This document shows, in pieces, positions 10,360-22,110 of a stretch of 64,000 nucleotides of DNA; position 1 is the first letter of the stretch, and every line of letters begins with the position of its first letter. The position numbers and the translations under genes were made by a program. This DNA comes from Candidatus Fervidifonticultor secundus (GTDB lineage Bacteria > Sysuimicrobiota > Sysuimicrobiia > Sysuimicrobiales > Humicultoraceae), in contig JAVKIP010000003.1 of the NCBI GenBank assembly GCA_031459385.1, positions 40,413 through 104,412 of the forward strand, in the 5' to 3' direction. The notes beneath the pieces were generated by a model. That model made no database searches. It saw only the letters and a program-made list of their open reading frames with translations, and was not told where the DNA came from.

Positions 10360-10440
10360 CTCGGCGGCCGCCGGGTCAGGCACCGCCGCCACGACCGGCC
10401 GATCCCGGTCGGCCCGCTGGTGCCACCATGGCCGTTCTCC

Positions 10441-11988
10441 CTACAGCGGGATGTTGCCGTGCTTGCGGCGGGGAACGCTCACGCGCTTGCGGTGCAGGAC
10501 CTCCAGTGCCGCGACCAGCCGGCGGCGCGTCTCACGCGGGGGGATCACATCGTCGATGTAGCCACGGGCGGCCGCCACGTAGGGGGTGGCGAACTGCGCC
10601 CGGTATTCGGCGACCAGCTCGCGACGCCGGACCTCGGGATCGGGAGCCTCGGCCAGCTCCTTGCGGAAGATGATGTCGATGGCGCCTTCCGGCCCCATCA
10701 CGGCGATCTCGGCCGTGGGCCAGGCCAGGTTCAGGTCGCCGCGAATGTGCTTGCTGGACATGACGTCGTAGGCGCCGCCGTAGGCTTTGCGGGTCACGAC
10801 GGTCAGCTTGGGCACCGTGGCCTCGCAGTAGGCGTAGAGCAGCTTGGCGCCGTGGCGGATGATGCCCCCGTGCTCCTGCGCTACGCCCGGCAGGAACCCC
10901 GGCACGTCCACGAACGTGACCAGCGGCAGGTTGAACGCGTCGCAGAACCGGACGAACCGGGCGCCCTTGACCGACGCGTCGATGTCGAGCACGCCGGCCA
11001 GCACCGCCGGCTGCTGCGCCAGCACGCCCACCGGCCGGCCCGCGAGCCGCGCGAAGCCGCACAGCAGGTTGCGGGCGAATCCCGCGTGAACCTCCAGGAA
11101 GTCGCCGTCGTCGACGATGCGCCCGATCACCTCGTGCATGTCGTAGGGCTTCGTGGGATCCTCGGGCACCAGGGCATCCAGCGCCGGATCGGCCCGCGCG
11201 GGATCGTCCGTGGGCGGCCGCCGCGGAGGTTCGTCCAGGTTGTTCGACGGCAGGTAGCCCAGCAGCCGGCGGATCAGGGCGAGGCACGCCTCGTCGTCGG
11301 CCGCGACGAAGTGGGCGATGCCGCTGCGCTCGGCGTGCACATCAGCGCCGCCCAGCGCTTCGAACGACACCTCCTCACGGGTCACCGCCTTCACCACCTG
11401 GGGGCCGGTCACGAACATGTACGACGTGCCTCGCACCATGACGACGAAGTCGGTGATCGCCGGCGAGTAGACGGCGCCCCCGGCGCACGGTCCCATGATG
11501 GCCGAAATCTGCGGGATCACGCCGCTCGCCTGCGTATTCCGCCAGAAGATCTCGGCGTAGCCGCCGAGGCTCATCACGCCCTCCTGGATCCGCGCGCCCC
11601 CGGAATCGTTCAGCCCGATGATCGGCGTGCCGGTGCGCAGGGCCAGGTCCATGACCTTGCAGATCTTCTCGGCGTGCGCCTCGCCCAGCGAGCCTCCCAG
11701 CACCGTGAAGTCCTGCGAGAAGACGTGCACCGGTCTGCCGTCGATCGTCCCCCACCCGGTGACGACGCCGTCGGCCGGAGCGTCGACGCGGTCGAGCCCG
11801 AAGTCGCGGTTGCGCGGAGCGGCGAAAGGGTCGAGCTCGATGAACGAGCCGGGGTCCAGGAGCGCGTCCAGACGCTCGCGCGCGGTGAGCTTCCCGGCCT
11901 CGTGCTGCCGGCGGACCCGCTCGGGCCCGCCCATGGCCAGGACCCGCTGGCGGCGACGGCGCAGGTCATCCAGGCGGTCGTCAGGCAC
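10441..11988 (-). CDS. pccB: Acyl-CoA (propionyl/methylmalonyl-CoA) carboxyltransferase beta subunit
   Basis: [62 protein letters not shown] terminus. Confidence 0.93.
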   Translation of the reverse strand: MPDDRLDDLRRRRQRVLAMGGPERVRRQHEAGKLTARERLDALLDPGSFIELDPFAAPRNRDFGLDRVDAPADGVVTGWGTIDGRPVHVFSQDFTVLGGSLGEAHAEKICKVMDLALRTGTPIIGLNDSGGARIQEGVMSLGGYAEIFWRNTQASGVIPQISAIMGPCAGGAVYSPAITDFVVMVRGTSYMFVTGPQVVKAVTREEVSFEALGGADVHAERSGIAHFVAADDEACLALIRRLLGYLPSNNLDEPPRRPPTDDPARADPALDALVPEDPTKPYDMHEVIGRIVDDGDFLEVHAGFARNLLCGFARLAGRPVGVLAQQPAVLAGVLDIDASVKGARFVRFCDAFNLPLVTFVDVPGFLPGVAQEHGGIIRHGAKLLYAYCEATVPKLTVVTRKAYGGAYDVMSSKHIRGDLNLAWPTAEIAVMGPEGAIDIIFRKELAEAPDPEVRRRELVAEYRAQFATPYVAAARGYIDDVIPPRETRRRLVAALEVLHRKRVSVPRRKHGNIPL

Positions 11989-12008
11989 GACGCCGCGGCG
12001 GAAGCCGG

Positions 12009-13241
12009 CTAGGCCGTGACGTCGGGATCCGGGGGCAGCGGCCCGTGGGGCCGGATCGCAATGATCCCGTGCTTGAAAAGCAGCTCCTGCACGCCGTTGA
12101 CCTCGACGATCAGGCTGTACGTGCCGTACTCCCGGACGATCGCCGACGGGAGCTCGTAGCCGTCGCGGCAGCGGATGTGGACCGGCGCGGCCGAGAGCAC
12201 CAGCCGCCGGTAGAAGGCGTCCTCGACGGACAGCTTGCCGACGGCGGACCTGCCTGGCGTGGGCCCGTCGGTCCGTGCCTCCTCGCGCATCACGGTGGGT
12301 GCACCTCCCTGGCGTTCAGGACGGATCTCGCGCATGTCCCTGACGACGTCTTCCGCCACGGGCTCAGGCGGCGCCGCGGGCGGCGCAGCCTGCACCCGCT
12401 CGCCAGCGCCCACCTGGTCGGCGGGCGGCTCCGCCCCCAGCGTGACCGCAGTGGCCCAGGTGGCCGCAGTCTCCGCGGCGTCAGGCGACGCCGCGGCGGG
12501 CCTTCCGGCGGCGAGCGCGGGCCCCCGGATCAAGCGCTCGTAGTGCTGGCGCAACCCCTCGACCTGCCGCCGGCGGTCGGGCCGGAGGGGCTGGGCCGGC
12601 CGCGCGCGCTGCGGCTTGCGGGCCGCGTCGATGACCGCCGCCACCACCGCCTCGGCCTCGCTGGCATCCACGGTCTCGGCGCCCACGTGGAGGAGCGTCC
12701 CGCGGTGGGAGGCCAGCGACACCGCTGCCAGCGCCACCGTGACGCCGGCGAACGCCGTCAGGGTGAGGCCCTCCAGCGCGGGCCGGAATCCGCCGCGCTC
12801 AGCCAGGGGCCGCAGCGCCTCCACTGTGGCCAGGGCGACGGTGCGCAACCGGTGCATCTGCCCGGGCGGCGCCTGCGCGGAACCCGCGACGGTCTTCTGC
12901 GCGCCCTCGCGCTCGTAGCGCAGCTCGACGACAGCCCGCGCCAGGGTTTCGGTCAGGGTCTCCTCGAGCCGGACGAGCTGGCAGGGGGGGATCACCTCGG
13001 GCGTGGGCTGCGGCTCGAGGTGCGCGATCTGCACCCGCCACCCGTCCACGGGCAGCCCGTACTGGCTGATCAGTGCCGAGGTGATGGCGCGCCGGATCGC
13101 CCCGTCGTCGCGGGTCGACTCTGTGGTGACGTAGATACGCTCGATCTCGCCGCCCTCATTGGCCACCACCCGAGCGGCGGCGACGGCCTCCAGCCGCTCC
13201 AGGAACGTCTCGATCTCGTCGGCGAACACCTCACGGGGCAC
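12009..13241 (-). CDS. Multidomain protein: conserved uncharacterised N-terminal region, Ala/Pro linker, C-terminal Hfq-like Sm domain
   Basis: C-terminus [50 protein letters not shown] aligns by eye with Hfq (SLQDPFLNAL..PVSIYLVNGIKL..QMVYKHAISTVVP). GTG start with GGGAG upstream. Confidence 0.75.
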   Translation of the reverse strand: MPREVFADEIETFLERLEAVAAARVVANEGGEIERIYVTTESTRDDGAIRRAITSALISQYGLPVDGWRVQIAHLEPQPTPEVIPPCQLVRLEETLTETLARAVVELRYEREGAQKTVAGSAQAPPGQMHRLRTVALATVEALRPLAERGGFRPALEGLTLTAFAGVTVALAAVSLASHRGTLLHVGAETVDASEAEAVVAAVIDAARKPQRARPAQPLRPDRRRQVEGLRQHYERLIRGPALAAGRPAAASPDAAETAATWATAVTLGAEPPADQVGAGERVQAAPPAAPPEPVAEDVVRDMREIRPERQGGAPTVMREEARTDGPTPGRSAVGKLSVEDAFYRRLVLSAAPVHIRCRDGYELPSAIVREYGTYSLIVEVNGVQELLFKHGIIAIRPHGPLPPDPDVTA

Positions 13242-13280
13242 CGGCGACTCCCCACTGCTGCCCTCAACGGTTTCCGTTAC

Positions 13281-13307
13281 CTTCTGCGGTGCACAGACGT
13301 CTCCTGC
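13281..13307 (-). promoter_or_regulatory. SigH-like promoter upstream of the Hfq-domain gene
   Basis: Minus strand GCAGGAGAC-11 bp-GCAGAAG. Confidence 0.4.
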
Positions 13308-13312
13308 CCGGC

Positions 13313-15903
<2,591 letters not shown>

Positions 15904-15908
15904 CTACC

Positions 15909-16193
15909 CTACCATGCCGCCGCGCCCCCGGCCATGGCAGGGATGATGGAGACCTCCGCGCGCTGGTCCAGCGGGGTGTGCAGGCCCTGCAGCGTACGCA
16001 CGTCCTGCTCGTTCACGAAGACGTTCACGAAGTGGTGGAGCTGGCCGTCCCCGTTCACCAGCCGCTCGCGCAACCCCGGGAAGCGGCGCTCGAGTTCGTC
16101 GATGGCCTCCGCCAGCGTCAGCGCCTCCACCGTGACCACCCGTGCGCCGTTCGTGTAGCGGCGCATGGGTGAGGGAATGCGAATCGTCGCCAC
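15909..16193 (-). CDS. Ubiquitin-like sulfur carrier protein (CysO/MoaD/ThiS family; MetO-like)
   Basis: IRIPSPMRRYT, FPGLRERL, FVNVFVNEQDVR, VSIIPAMAGG followed by an AAAW extension; GAGGAG RBS. Confidence 0.88.
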   Translation of the reverse strand: MATIRIPSPMRRYTNGARVVTVEALTLAEAIDELERRFPGLRERLVNGDGQLHHFVNVFVNEQDVRTLQGLHTPLDQRAEVSIIPAMAGGAAAW

Positions 16194-16204
16194 CGTCGTC
16201 CTCC

Positions 16205-17431
16205 TCACGAGACCCTGGCCAGCACCGCGTCTTCGAACGCCCGCAGCGACGGCCGCACGCGCACAGGCGCCGCCACCGCGTCGGCCAGGTGGTCTGCGGT
16301 CTTCAGCCCCATGCCCGTGATGAACGCCACCGTGACGCCCGCGGGATCCAGGGCGCCGCCTGCGGCCAGCTTCTTGAGCACCGCGATCGTCACCCCGCCG
16401 GCGGTCTCGGTGAAGATCCCCTCGCACTCGGCCAGCAGGCGGATGCCGTCGACGATCTCCTCATCGGTGGCGTCGTCGATGCGGCCGCCGCTGGCTCCCA
16501 CCGCGGCGATGGCGTACCGCCCGTCGGCCGGCGTGCCGATGGCCAGCGACTGCGCGATCGTACGGGGCCTGACGGGGGTGATGGCCCCGCCCCGTTTGAA
16601 CGCCGTGCTGACCGGCGCGCACCCTGCCGGCTGCGCGCCGTGCACGCGCGTCGTCGCGGCGGCGACCAGGCCCACCGCGGCCAGTTCCTGGAAGCCGCGG
16701 TGGATCTTGACCAGCAGGTTGCCCGACGCGACGGGCACCACCACGTCAGCGGGCACCTGCCATCCGAGTTGCTCGGCCACCTCGAAGGCCAGGGTCTTCC
16801 CGCCCTCGCTGTAGTACGGCCGCATGTTGACGTTGAGGAAGGCCCAGTGGTGCTCCTCGCCGATCTCGGCGCAGAGCCGGTTGACGTCGTCGTAGCTGCC
16901 CTCGACCTCGACCACGGTCGGCCCGTAGATGGCCGAGGCCAGCACCTTGCCGCGCTCCAGGCCGGCGGGGATGAAGACGTAGGCGCGCATGCCGGCGCGG
17001 GCCGCGTGGGCAGCCACCGAGTTGGCCAGGTTGCCGGTAGAGGCGCAGGCGAGCACGTGGTAGCCGAACCGGCGCGCCGCCGCCGTCCCGATGGACACCG
17101 ACCGGTCCTTGAACGACCAGGTGGGGTTGGTGGAATCGTTCTTGATGTACAGGCGCTGCAGCCCCAGGCGCTCGCCCAGCCGGGGCGCCGGCACCAGCGG
17201 CGTGCACCCCGGGGAGAGGTCTGCGGCCGGATCGCAGGGCACCGGCAGGAGATCGGCGTAGCGCCAGATCGACCGGGGTCCGGCCTCGATCCGCTGCCGC
17301 AGCGGCAGACGGCGCAGCGTCTCCAGGTCGTACACCGGTTCCAGCGGGCCCAGACAGCGCTCGCACACGTACACCGGCCCGGCCGGCACCTCCGCGTCGC
17401 ACTCGCGACACCGCAGCCGATCGACTGCCAT
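16205..17431 (-). CDS. Threonine synthase-family PLP enzyme, probably a sulfur-carrier-dependent O-phosphohomoserine sulfhydrylase (MetM-like)
   Basis: N-terminal CxxC..CxxC, NPTWSFKDR (PLP Lys), CASTGN, EGGKTLAFE, ETAGG, TGMGLKT; between thrB and a sulfur carrier, under a SAM riboswitch. Confidence 0.85.
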   Translation of the reverse strand: MAVDRLRCRECDAEVPAGPVYVCERCLGPLEPVYDLETLRRLPLRQRIEAGPRSIWRYADLLPVPCDPAADLSPGCTPLVPAPRLGERLGLQRLYIKNDSTNPTWSFKDRSVSIGTAAARRFGYHVLACASTGNLANSVAAHAARAGMRAYVFIPAGLERGKVLASAIYGPTVVEVEGSYDDVNRLCAEIGEEHHWAFLNVNMRPYYSEGGKTLAFEVAEQLGWQVPADVVVPVASGNLLVKIHRGFQELAAVGLVAAATTRVHGAQPAGCAPVSTAFKRGGAITPVRPRTIAQSLAIGTPADGRYAIAAVGASGGRIDDATDEEIVDGIRLLAECEGIFTETAGGVTIAVLKKLAAGGALDPAGVTVAFITGMGLKTADHLADAVAAPVRVRPSLRAFEDAVLARVS

Positions 17432-17463
17432 CTCTCTCCTCCCCCGCCCGGTGTTCCCGGCGG

Positions 17464-18363
17464 TCAGGTCGCCAGGGCTCCCCGGGGTTCGATGCGTGTC
17501 TCGATCGCACGGCTGTGCACGCCCACCGCGGCGAAGGCAGCCACCATGGCGGCGCCCACCGCGCCCGCAGCCTCCGGTGGCGCCAGCGCCGCCACCGTGG
17601 GCCCGGAGCCGCTCAACACCGCGCCGTAGGCACCCGCGGCCTCGGCAGCGCCCACTACGGCCTCGAAGCCCGGTACCAGCGACGCCCGGTACGGCTGGTG
17701 GAGCCGGTCGCGCAGCGCGCCCCGCAGGGCCCCGGCCTGACCCGTGGCCAGCGCGGCGACCACCAGCGCCACCTGCGCCAGGTTGAACACGGCATCCGCG
17801 CGCTCGACCTGGGCCGGCAGCACGCGTCGCGCCGCCGCGGTCTCCACCTCCAGCGCCGGCACCGCCAGTACCACGGCCACCGGGAGTGCCGGGACGATCC
17901 GCGCCCACCGCAGTGCCGTCCCGTCGCGGGCCACGATCACGACGCCGCCGAAGAGCGCCGCCGCCACGTTGTCCGGATGGCCTTCCAGGTCCGTGGCCAA
18001 TCGCAGCAGCCTCTCGGCGTCCAGGGCGTCGCCCAGCAGCCGGTGCGCGGCCACGAGCCCCCCGACGATGGCCGCAGCGCTACTCCCCAGGCCGCTGCGC
18101 AGGGGAATCGGCGAGCGCGCCCGCAGGGCGAAGGCGCCCTGCCAGCCGGTGGCGGCAGCGGCCACCTGCGCGCTGCGGTAGATCAGGTTCGAGACGTCCT
18201 GTGGGACGTCGACGCCCGCGACCTCGACAGAGGGCGTCGGCGCTGCGGCCAGCGTGACCTCGGCAAACAGGCCAACCGCCGCCCCCAGGCAGTCGAACCC
18301 CGGCCCGAGGTTGGCGACGGTTGCCGGCACCTGCACAGTGACCTGGTCGAGCGCGACGGCCAC
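17464..18363 (-). CDS. thrB: Homoserine kinase
   Basis: VPATVANLGPGFDCLG, IPLRSGLGSSAAA (GHMP), EGHPDNVAA, DRLHQPYR, LSGSGPT. Confidence 0.95.
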   Translation of the reverse strand: MAVALDQVTVQVPATVANLGPGFDCLGAAVGLFAEVTLAAAPTPSVEVAGVDVPQDVSNLIYRSAQVAAAATGWQGAFALRARSPIPLRSGLGSSAAAIVGGLVAAHRLLGDALDAERLLRLATDLEGHPDNVAAALFGGVVIVARDGTALRWARIVPALPVAVVLAVPALEVETAAARRVLPAQVERADAVFNLAQVALVVAALATGQAGALRGALRDRLHQPYRASLVPGFEAVVGAAEAAGAYGAVLSGSGPTVAALAPPEAAGAVGAAMVAAFAAVGVHSRAIETRIEPRGALAT

Positions 18364-18382
18364 GCCCCATCTCTCCCGCACA

Positions 18383-18421
18383 TAACAAGAAACCCCTCCA
18401 CTTCCTGCGCCGGGAGGGGTT
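18383..18421 (-). terminator. Intrinsic terminator of the SAM riboswitch expression platform
   Basis: Minus strand AACCCCTCC...GGAGGGGTT stem followed by TCTTGTT, just downstream of the aptamer. Confidence 0.75.
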
Positions 18422-18426
18422 CTACC

Positions 18427-18531
18427 CTCTTATCCGCCGGAACTGGGTTCCGCGGGGCTTGGCACCTTACCGCCCATGCGGCAGGTTGCCGGGGGTCATC
18501 GGGCCCGTCCCTCACCCACTCTTGATAAGAG
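18427..18531 (-). ncRNA. SAM-I (S-box) riboswitch
   Basis: Minus strand CUCUUAUCAAGAG..GAGGGACGGGCCCGAUGACCCCCGGCAACC..AAGGUGCCAAG..GAUAAGAG matches the SAM-I core; P1 = CUCUUAUC/GAUAAGAG. Confidence 0.95.
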
Positions 18532-18552
18532 AAACGTATGCAGTTGAGAGTC

Positions 18553-18581
18553 AACCTAGCATAGCGTGGCGCACGCGTCAA
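18553..18581 (-). promoter_or_regulatory. Sigma70-type promoter of the SAM-riboswitch operon
   Basis: Minus strand TTGACG-17 bp-TAGGTT with extended TG. Confidence 0.55.
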
Positions 18582-18661
18582 CCCCTTGCGCGCGGTCGGC
18601 GCGGCCGGCGAAGGCTCCCGCGGCTACGTCCCGCTCGCCATCCCCCAGGGCAGAGGGGCGC

Positions 18662-20059
18662 CTACGGCAAAGCGACGAGCTTGCCTGGGTTCATGATGTT
18701 GTGTGGGTCGAGGGTCTGCTTGAGGGCGCGCATCACTTCCAGGGTCTCGCCGTGCTCCCTGGCCATGTACGGCAGCTTGCCGATGCCCACGCCGTGCTCG
18801 CCGGTGCAGGTGCCGCCCAGGGCCAGGGCCCGCAGGACCATGCGCTCGTTGAGGCGTTTCACTTCCGCCATCTCCGCCGGGTCGTCCGGATTCACCAGGA
18901 ACACCAGGTGGAAGTTCCCGTCGCCGACGTGGCCCACCAGCGCCACCGGCACGGGCGAGGCTGCCAGGTCCCGCTTCGTCTCCACGATGCACTCGGCCAG
19001 GCGCGAGATCGGCACGCAGACGTCGGTCGTGAGCCCGCTGGCCCCCGGCCGCAGCGCCAGCGCGGCCCAGTAGGCGTCGTGCCGCGCCTTCCACAGCCGC
19101 GCCCGCTGGTCGGCGTCGGTGGCCCATCGAAACGCCTGGCCGCCGTGCTGGAGGGCGATCTCCTTGACCATGTCGGCCTGCTCGGCCACGCTGCGCTGGC
19201 TCGGCCCGTGAAACTCCAGGAACAGCGTGGGCGCCACGGGACAGTCGAGCCCCGCGTGGCGGTTGCAGGCGGCCATCTGCACCTCGTCCAGGAGTTCGAT
19301 GCGGGCCACCGGGATGCCCAGCTGCACCGTGGTGATGACGGTGTCCACGGCTCCGGCGATCGCCTCGAAAGCACACGTCGCGGCCGCCACCGCCTCAGGC
19401 ACCCCGTGCAACCTGACCGTGACCTCGGTGATGACGCCCAGGGTCCCCTCCGAGCCCACGAAGAGCCGGGTCAGGTCGTAGCCCGCGGCCGACTTGCGCG
19501 CGCGCGTGCCAGTGCGGATCACGCGCCCGTCGGCGAGCACCACCGTGAGGCCCAGCACGTTCTCCCGCATGGTGCCGTAGCGCACCGCGGTGGTCCCCGA
19601 CGCGCGCGTGGCGGCCATGCCGCCCAGGGTGGCGTCGGCCCCCGGGTCCACGGAGAAGAACAGGCCGAGCCCGCGCAGGTGGCGGTTCAGCTGCCGGTGC
19701 GTGACCCCCGCCTCGACGGTGGCGTCCAGATCCTCGGGGCTGACCCGCAGGATGCGGTTCATCTGGGAGAGGTCGATGCAGATGCCGCCCTGCGTGGCGG
19801 CCACGTGGCCCTCGAGCGACGTGCCGGCGCCGAAGGGGATGACCGGCGCGCCCGCGCGGGCGCACACCTCGACGATCGCCCGCACGTCGTCGGTGGAGTG
19901 CGGGAACGCCACCGCGTCCGGCGGGTGCGGCGGGAGGTACGTCTCTCCGCGGCTGTGGTGCTCGCGCACCGCCGTGGCGGTCGAGAGGCGGTCGCCGAGC
20001 AGCGCCCGGAGCTCGGCGATCACCCGCTCGGCGGCGTAGGGGCGCGGCACCACGCTCAT
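18662..20059 (-). CDS. FAD-linked oxidase (D-lactate dehydrogenase/GlcD family)
   Basis: PFGAGTSLEG, DPGADATLGGM, KSAAGYDLTRLFVGSEGTLG, GHVGDGNFH, TGEHGVG, NPGK. Confidence 0.92.
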   Translation of the reverse strand: MSVVPRPYAAERVIAELRALLGDRLSTATAVREHHSRGETYLPPHPPDAVAFPHSTDDVRAIVEVCARAGAPVIPFGAGTSLEGHVAATQGGICIDLSQMNRILRVSPEDLDATVEAGVTHRQLNRHLRGLGLFFSVDPGADATLGGMAATRASGTTAVRYGTMRENVLGLTVVLADGRVIRTGTRARKSAAGYDLTRLFVGSEGTLGVITEVTVRLHGVPEAVAAATCAFEAIAGAVDTVITTVQLGIPVARIELLDEVQMAACNRHAGLDCPVAPTLFLEFHGPSQRSVAEQADMVKEIALQHGGQAFRWATDADQRARLWKARHDAYWAALALRPGASGLTTDVCVPISRLAECIVETKRDLAASPVPVALVGHVGDGNFHLVFLVNPDDPAEMAEVKRLNERMVLRALALGGTCTGEHGVGIGKLPYMAREHGETLEVMRALKQTLDPHNIMNPGKLVALP

Positions 20060-20375
20060 GGCATGTCGCTGTCCACGATCGCGCCGCCCGGGCCAGCGGC
20101 CCGGAACGTCAGATTCCCATCCCACACCGTTCGAATATGCTCTCGTGGCATGTCCTGCCCCCCGCCGTCATCTCAGCGTCTCACGCCAGGGACCGCACGC
20201 GCCGCGCCGGCTCCAGACCTCGTCGTGACCTCGCGCGTCGTGCGCCACGGCACCGTGCATCCGTTCTCCACATCCGCGAAGACCTCCCCCGTGCACACCG
20301 CGCACGCTCTCCCGACGTCCGGGCGCCGGCCACCCAGGGCGCCTGTCGGGGCAGATCGATCCAGGCGGGGCCTGC

Positions 20376-20404
20376 TTGAGGCCCTCTCGCCGCAGTGCTA
20401 GACT
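20376..20404 (+). promoter_or_regulatory. Sigma70-type promoter for lgt (very short leader)
   Basis: TTGAGG-17 bp-TAGACT with extended TG, 10 nt before GTG at 20415; no SD. Confidence 0.5.
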
Positions 20405-20414
20405 TGGGCCCGCT

Positions 20415-21143
20415 GTGGATCCCGTGCTGGTGCAGCTCGGTCCCGTCGCGATCCGCTGGTACGGCGTGATGCTGGCCACGACGATCGTGCTGAGCCTGCT
20501 GGTCGCGTACCGCATCGGCCCTCGTCTGGGCGTGCCGGCCGCCGTGCTCGACCGCACCGCCACGGCGGCAGTGCTCGTCATGTTCGTCGGGGCGCGCCTG
20601 GGATACGTGGTCTCCCATCCCAGCCAGTTCCTCCCGGCCCTCTGGGAGATCGTGCGGATCGACCGGGGCGGGCTCTCGTCGCACGGCGCCATCGCCGCGG
20701 GCCTGCTCTACGCCGCCTGGGCCGCCCGGCGCACGGGCGTCTCGCTCTGGCAGTTTGCCGATACGTTCGGCTGGGCGATCCCCATCGGCAACATCTTCGT
20801 CCGCTTCGGCAACTTCATGAACGGCGAGCTCTACGGCGACCCCACGGGGCTCCCCTGGGGTGTCGTCTTTCCGACGATGCCCGACGCCCCTCGCCATCCG
20901 CTGCAGATCTACGAGATGCTCCTGGCGGTCGTCGTCCTGCTCCGGGCGCGCACGGTCGCCGCCCGCCCGCGATTCCCGGGGGAGGTGTTCTGGAGCATCG
21001 TGGTGCCGACCTCGGTGGGGCGGCTGGTGTTCGACGCGCTGCGCAGCGAGATGCGGGCCCTGGGCCCGCTGACGCTGGGCCAGCTCCCGGCCCTGGTGCT
21101 CATCGGCTGGGGGCTGTGGGACCTGCGCCGCCAGCGGCGGTAG
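20415..21143 (+). CDS. lgt: Prolipoprotein diacylglyceryl transferase
   Basis: IRWYG, GARLGYV, GGLSSHG, RFGNFMNGELYG, PRHPLQIYE; multiple TM helices. Confidence 0.92.
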   Translation: MDPVLVQLGPVAIRWYGVMLATTIVLSLLVAYRIGPRLGVPAAVLDRTATAAVLVMFVGARLGYVVSHPSQFLPALWEIVRIDRGGLSSHGAIAAGLLYAAWAARRTGVSLWQFADTFGWAIPIGNIFVRFGNFMNGELYGDPTGLPWGVVFPTMPDAPRHPLQIYEMLLAVVVLLRARTVAARPRFPGEVFWSIVVPTSVGRLVFDALRSEMRALGPLTLGQLPALVLIGWGLWDLRRQRR

Positions 21144-21201
21144 CGCCGGCGCTGGCAGCGACGGCGGCAACCGCAGCGTTTACCGCGACGGGGAGACCAG
21201 G

Positions 21202-22110
21202 ATGAACGTCCGCATCGGCGCTGCGCCCATCAGCTGGGGCATCTGTGAGATCCCGGGGTGGGGACCGCAACTGCACTACGACCGCGTGCTGGACGAGATG
21301 CAGCTGGCCGGGTACGCCGGCACGGAGCTGGGCCCTTGGGGGTTCCTCCCGACCGATCCCGACGTGCTGGCTGCGGCGCTGGCCCGCCGGAGCCTGTCGC
21401 TGGCGGCGGCCTTCGTGCCGCTCCCGCTCAAGGACCCGTCGGCCTACGCCGAGTGCGAGAAAGGCGTGCGCGAGACGGCCGCACTGCTGCAGCGCCTGGG
21501 CGCCGGTGACATCCTGCTGGCCGACGCGGGCGACGAGACCCGCCGGAAAATCGCAGGGCGCCCGGAGGAGACCCGCGCGCACGGGTTGCAGCCCCGCGAG
21601 TGGCCGGGCTACGCCGCCCGGGTGGAGCGGCTGGCGCAGATCTGCCGGTTCGACTACGGGCTGGTGCCGTCCTTCCACCCGCACGCCGGCACGTTCATCG
21701 AACACCCCGACGAGATCCGCACGCTGCTCGAGCGCTGCGACCCGCACCTGGTGAAGTTCTGCCTGGATACCGGGCACGTAGCGTTCGGCGGGGGCGATCC
21801 AGTGGCGATCGCCAGTGCACATGCGCCGCGACTGGGGTACGTGCACCTCAAGGACATCGACCTGCCCAGGTTGCGGACCCTGCTGGTCGCGGGGAAGGAC
21901 TACGTCGCCGCGGCTCAGCGGGACGTGTTCGTCGAACTGGGCCATGGGTCCCTGGACCTGCGGGCGCTCGTCGAGACGCTGCGCACCGCAGGCTACACGG
22001 GCTGGATCGTCATTGAGCAGGATCGCGTGGTGCAGGCTGACACCGACACCCTGGGCCGTGCCCGGCGCAACCTGGCCGCTCTCCGGGCGTTGCTGGAGGC
22101 TGCGTGCTAG
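21202..22110 (+). CDS. Sugar phosphate isomerase/epimerase TIM-barrel protein (IolE/myo-inosose dehydratase-like)
   Basis: APISWG, GYAGTELGPWGF, FHPHAGTFIE, CLDTGH, VHLKD, FVELGHG, WIVIEQD. Confidence 0.85.
   Translation: MNVRIGAAPISWGICEIPGWGPQLHYDRVLDEMQLAGYAGTELGPWGFLPTDPDVLAAALARRSLSLAAAFVPLPLKDPSAYAECEKGVRETAALLQRLGAGDILLADAGDETRRKIAGRPEETRAHGLQPREWPGYAARVERLAQICRFDYGLVPSFHPHAGTFIEHPDEIRTLLERCDPHLVKFCLDTGHVAFGGGDPVAIASAHAPRLGYVHLKDIDLPRLRTLLVAGKDYVAAAQRDVFVELGHGSLDLRALVETLRTAGYTGWIVIEQDRVVQADTDTLGRARRNLAALRALLEAAC

Noticed and set aside
16205-18363. Reading thrB + thrC-like as an ordinary threonine operon
   Set aside because: SAM-I control and the coupled sulfur carrier point to homocysteine synthesis, although threonine synthase activity is not excluded.
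20130-20375. Small ORFs in the oxidase-lgt intergenic region, including a CxxC-containing frame
   Set aside because: No convincing start codon or RBS, and atypical composition.
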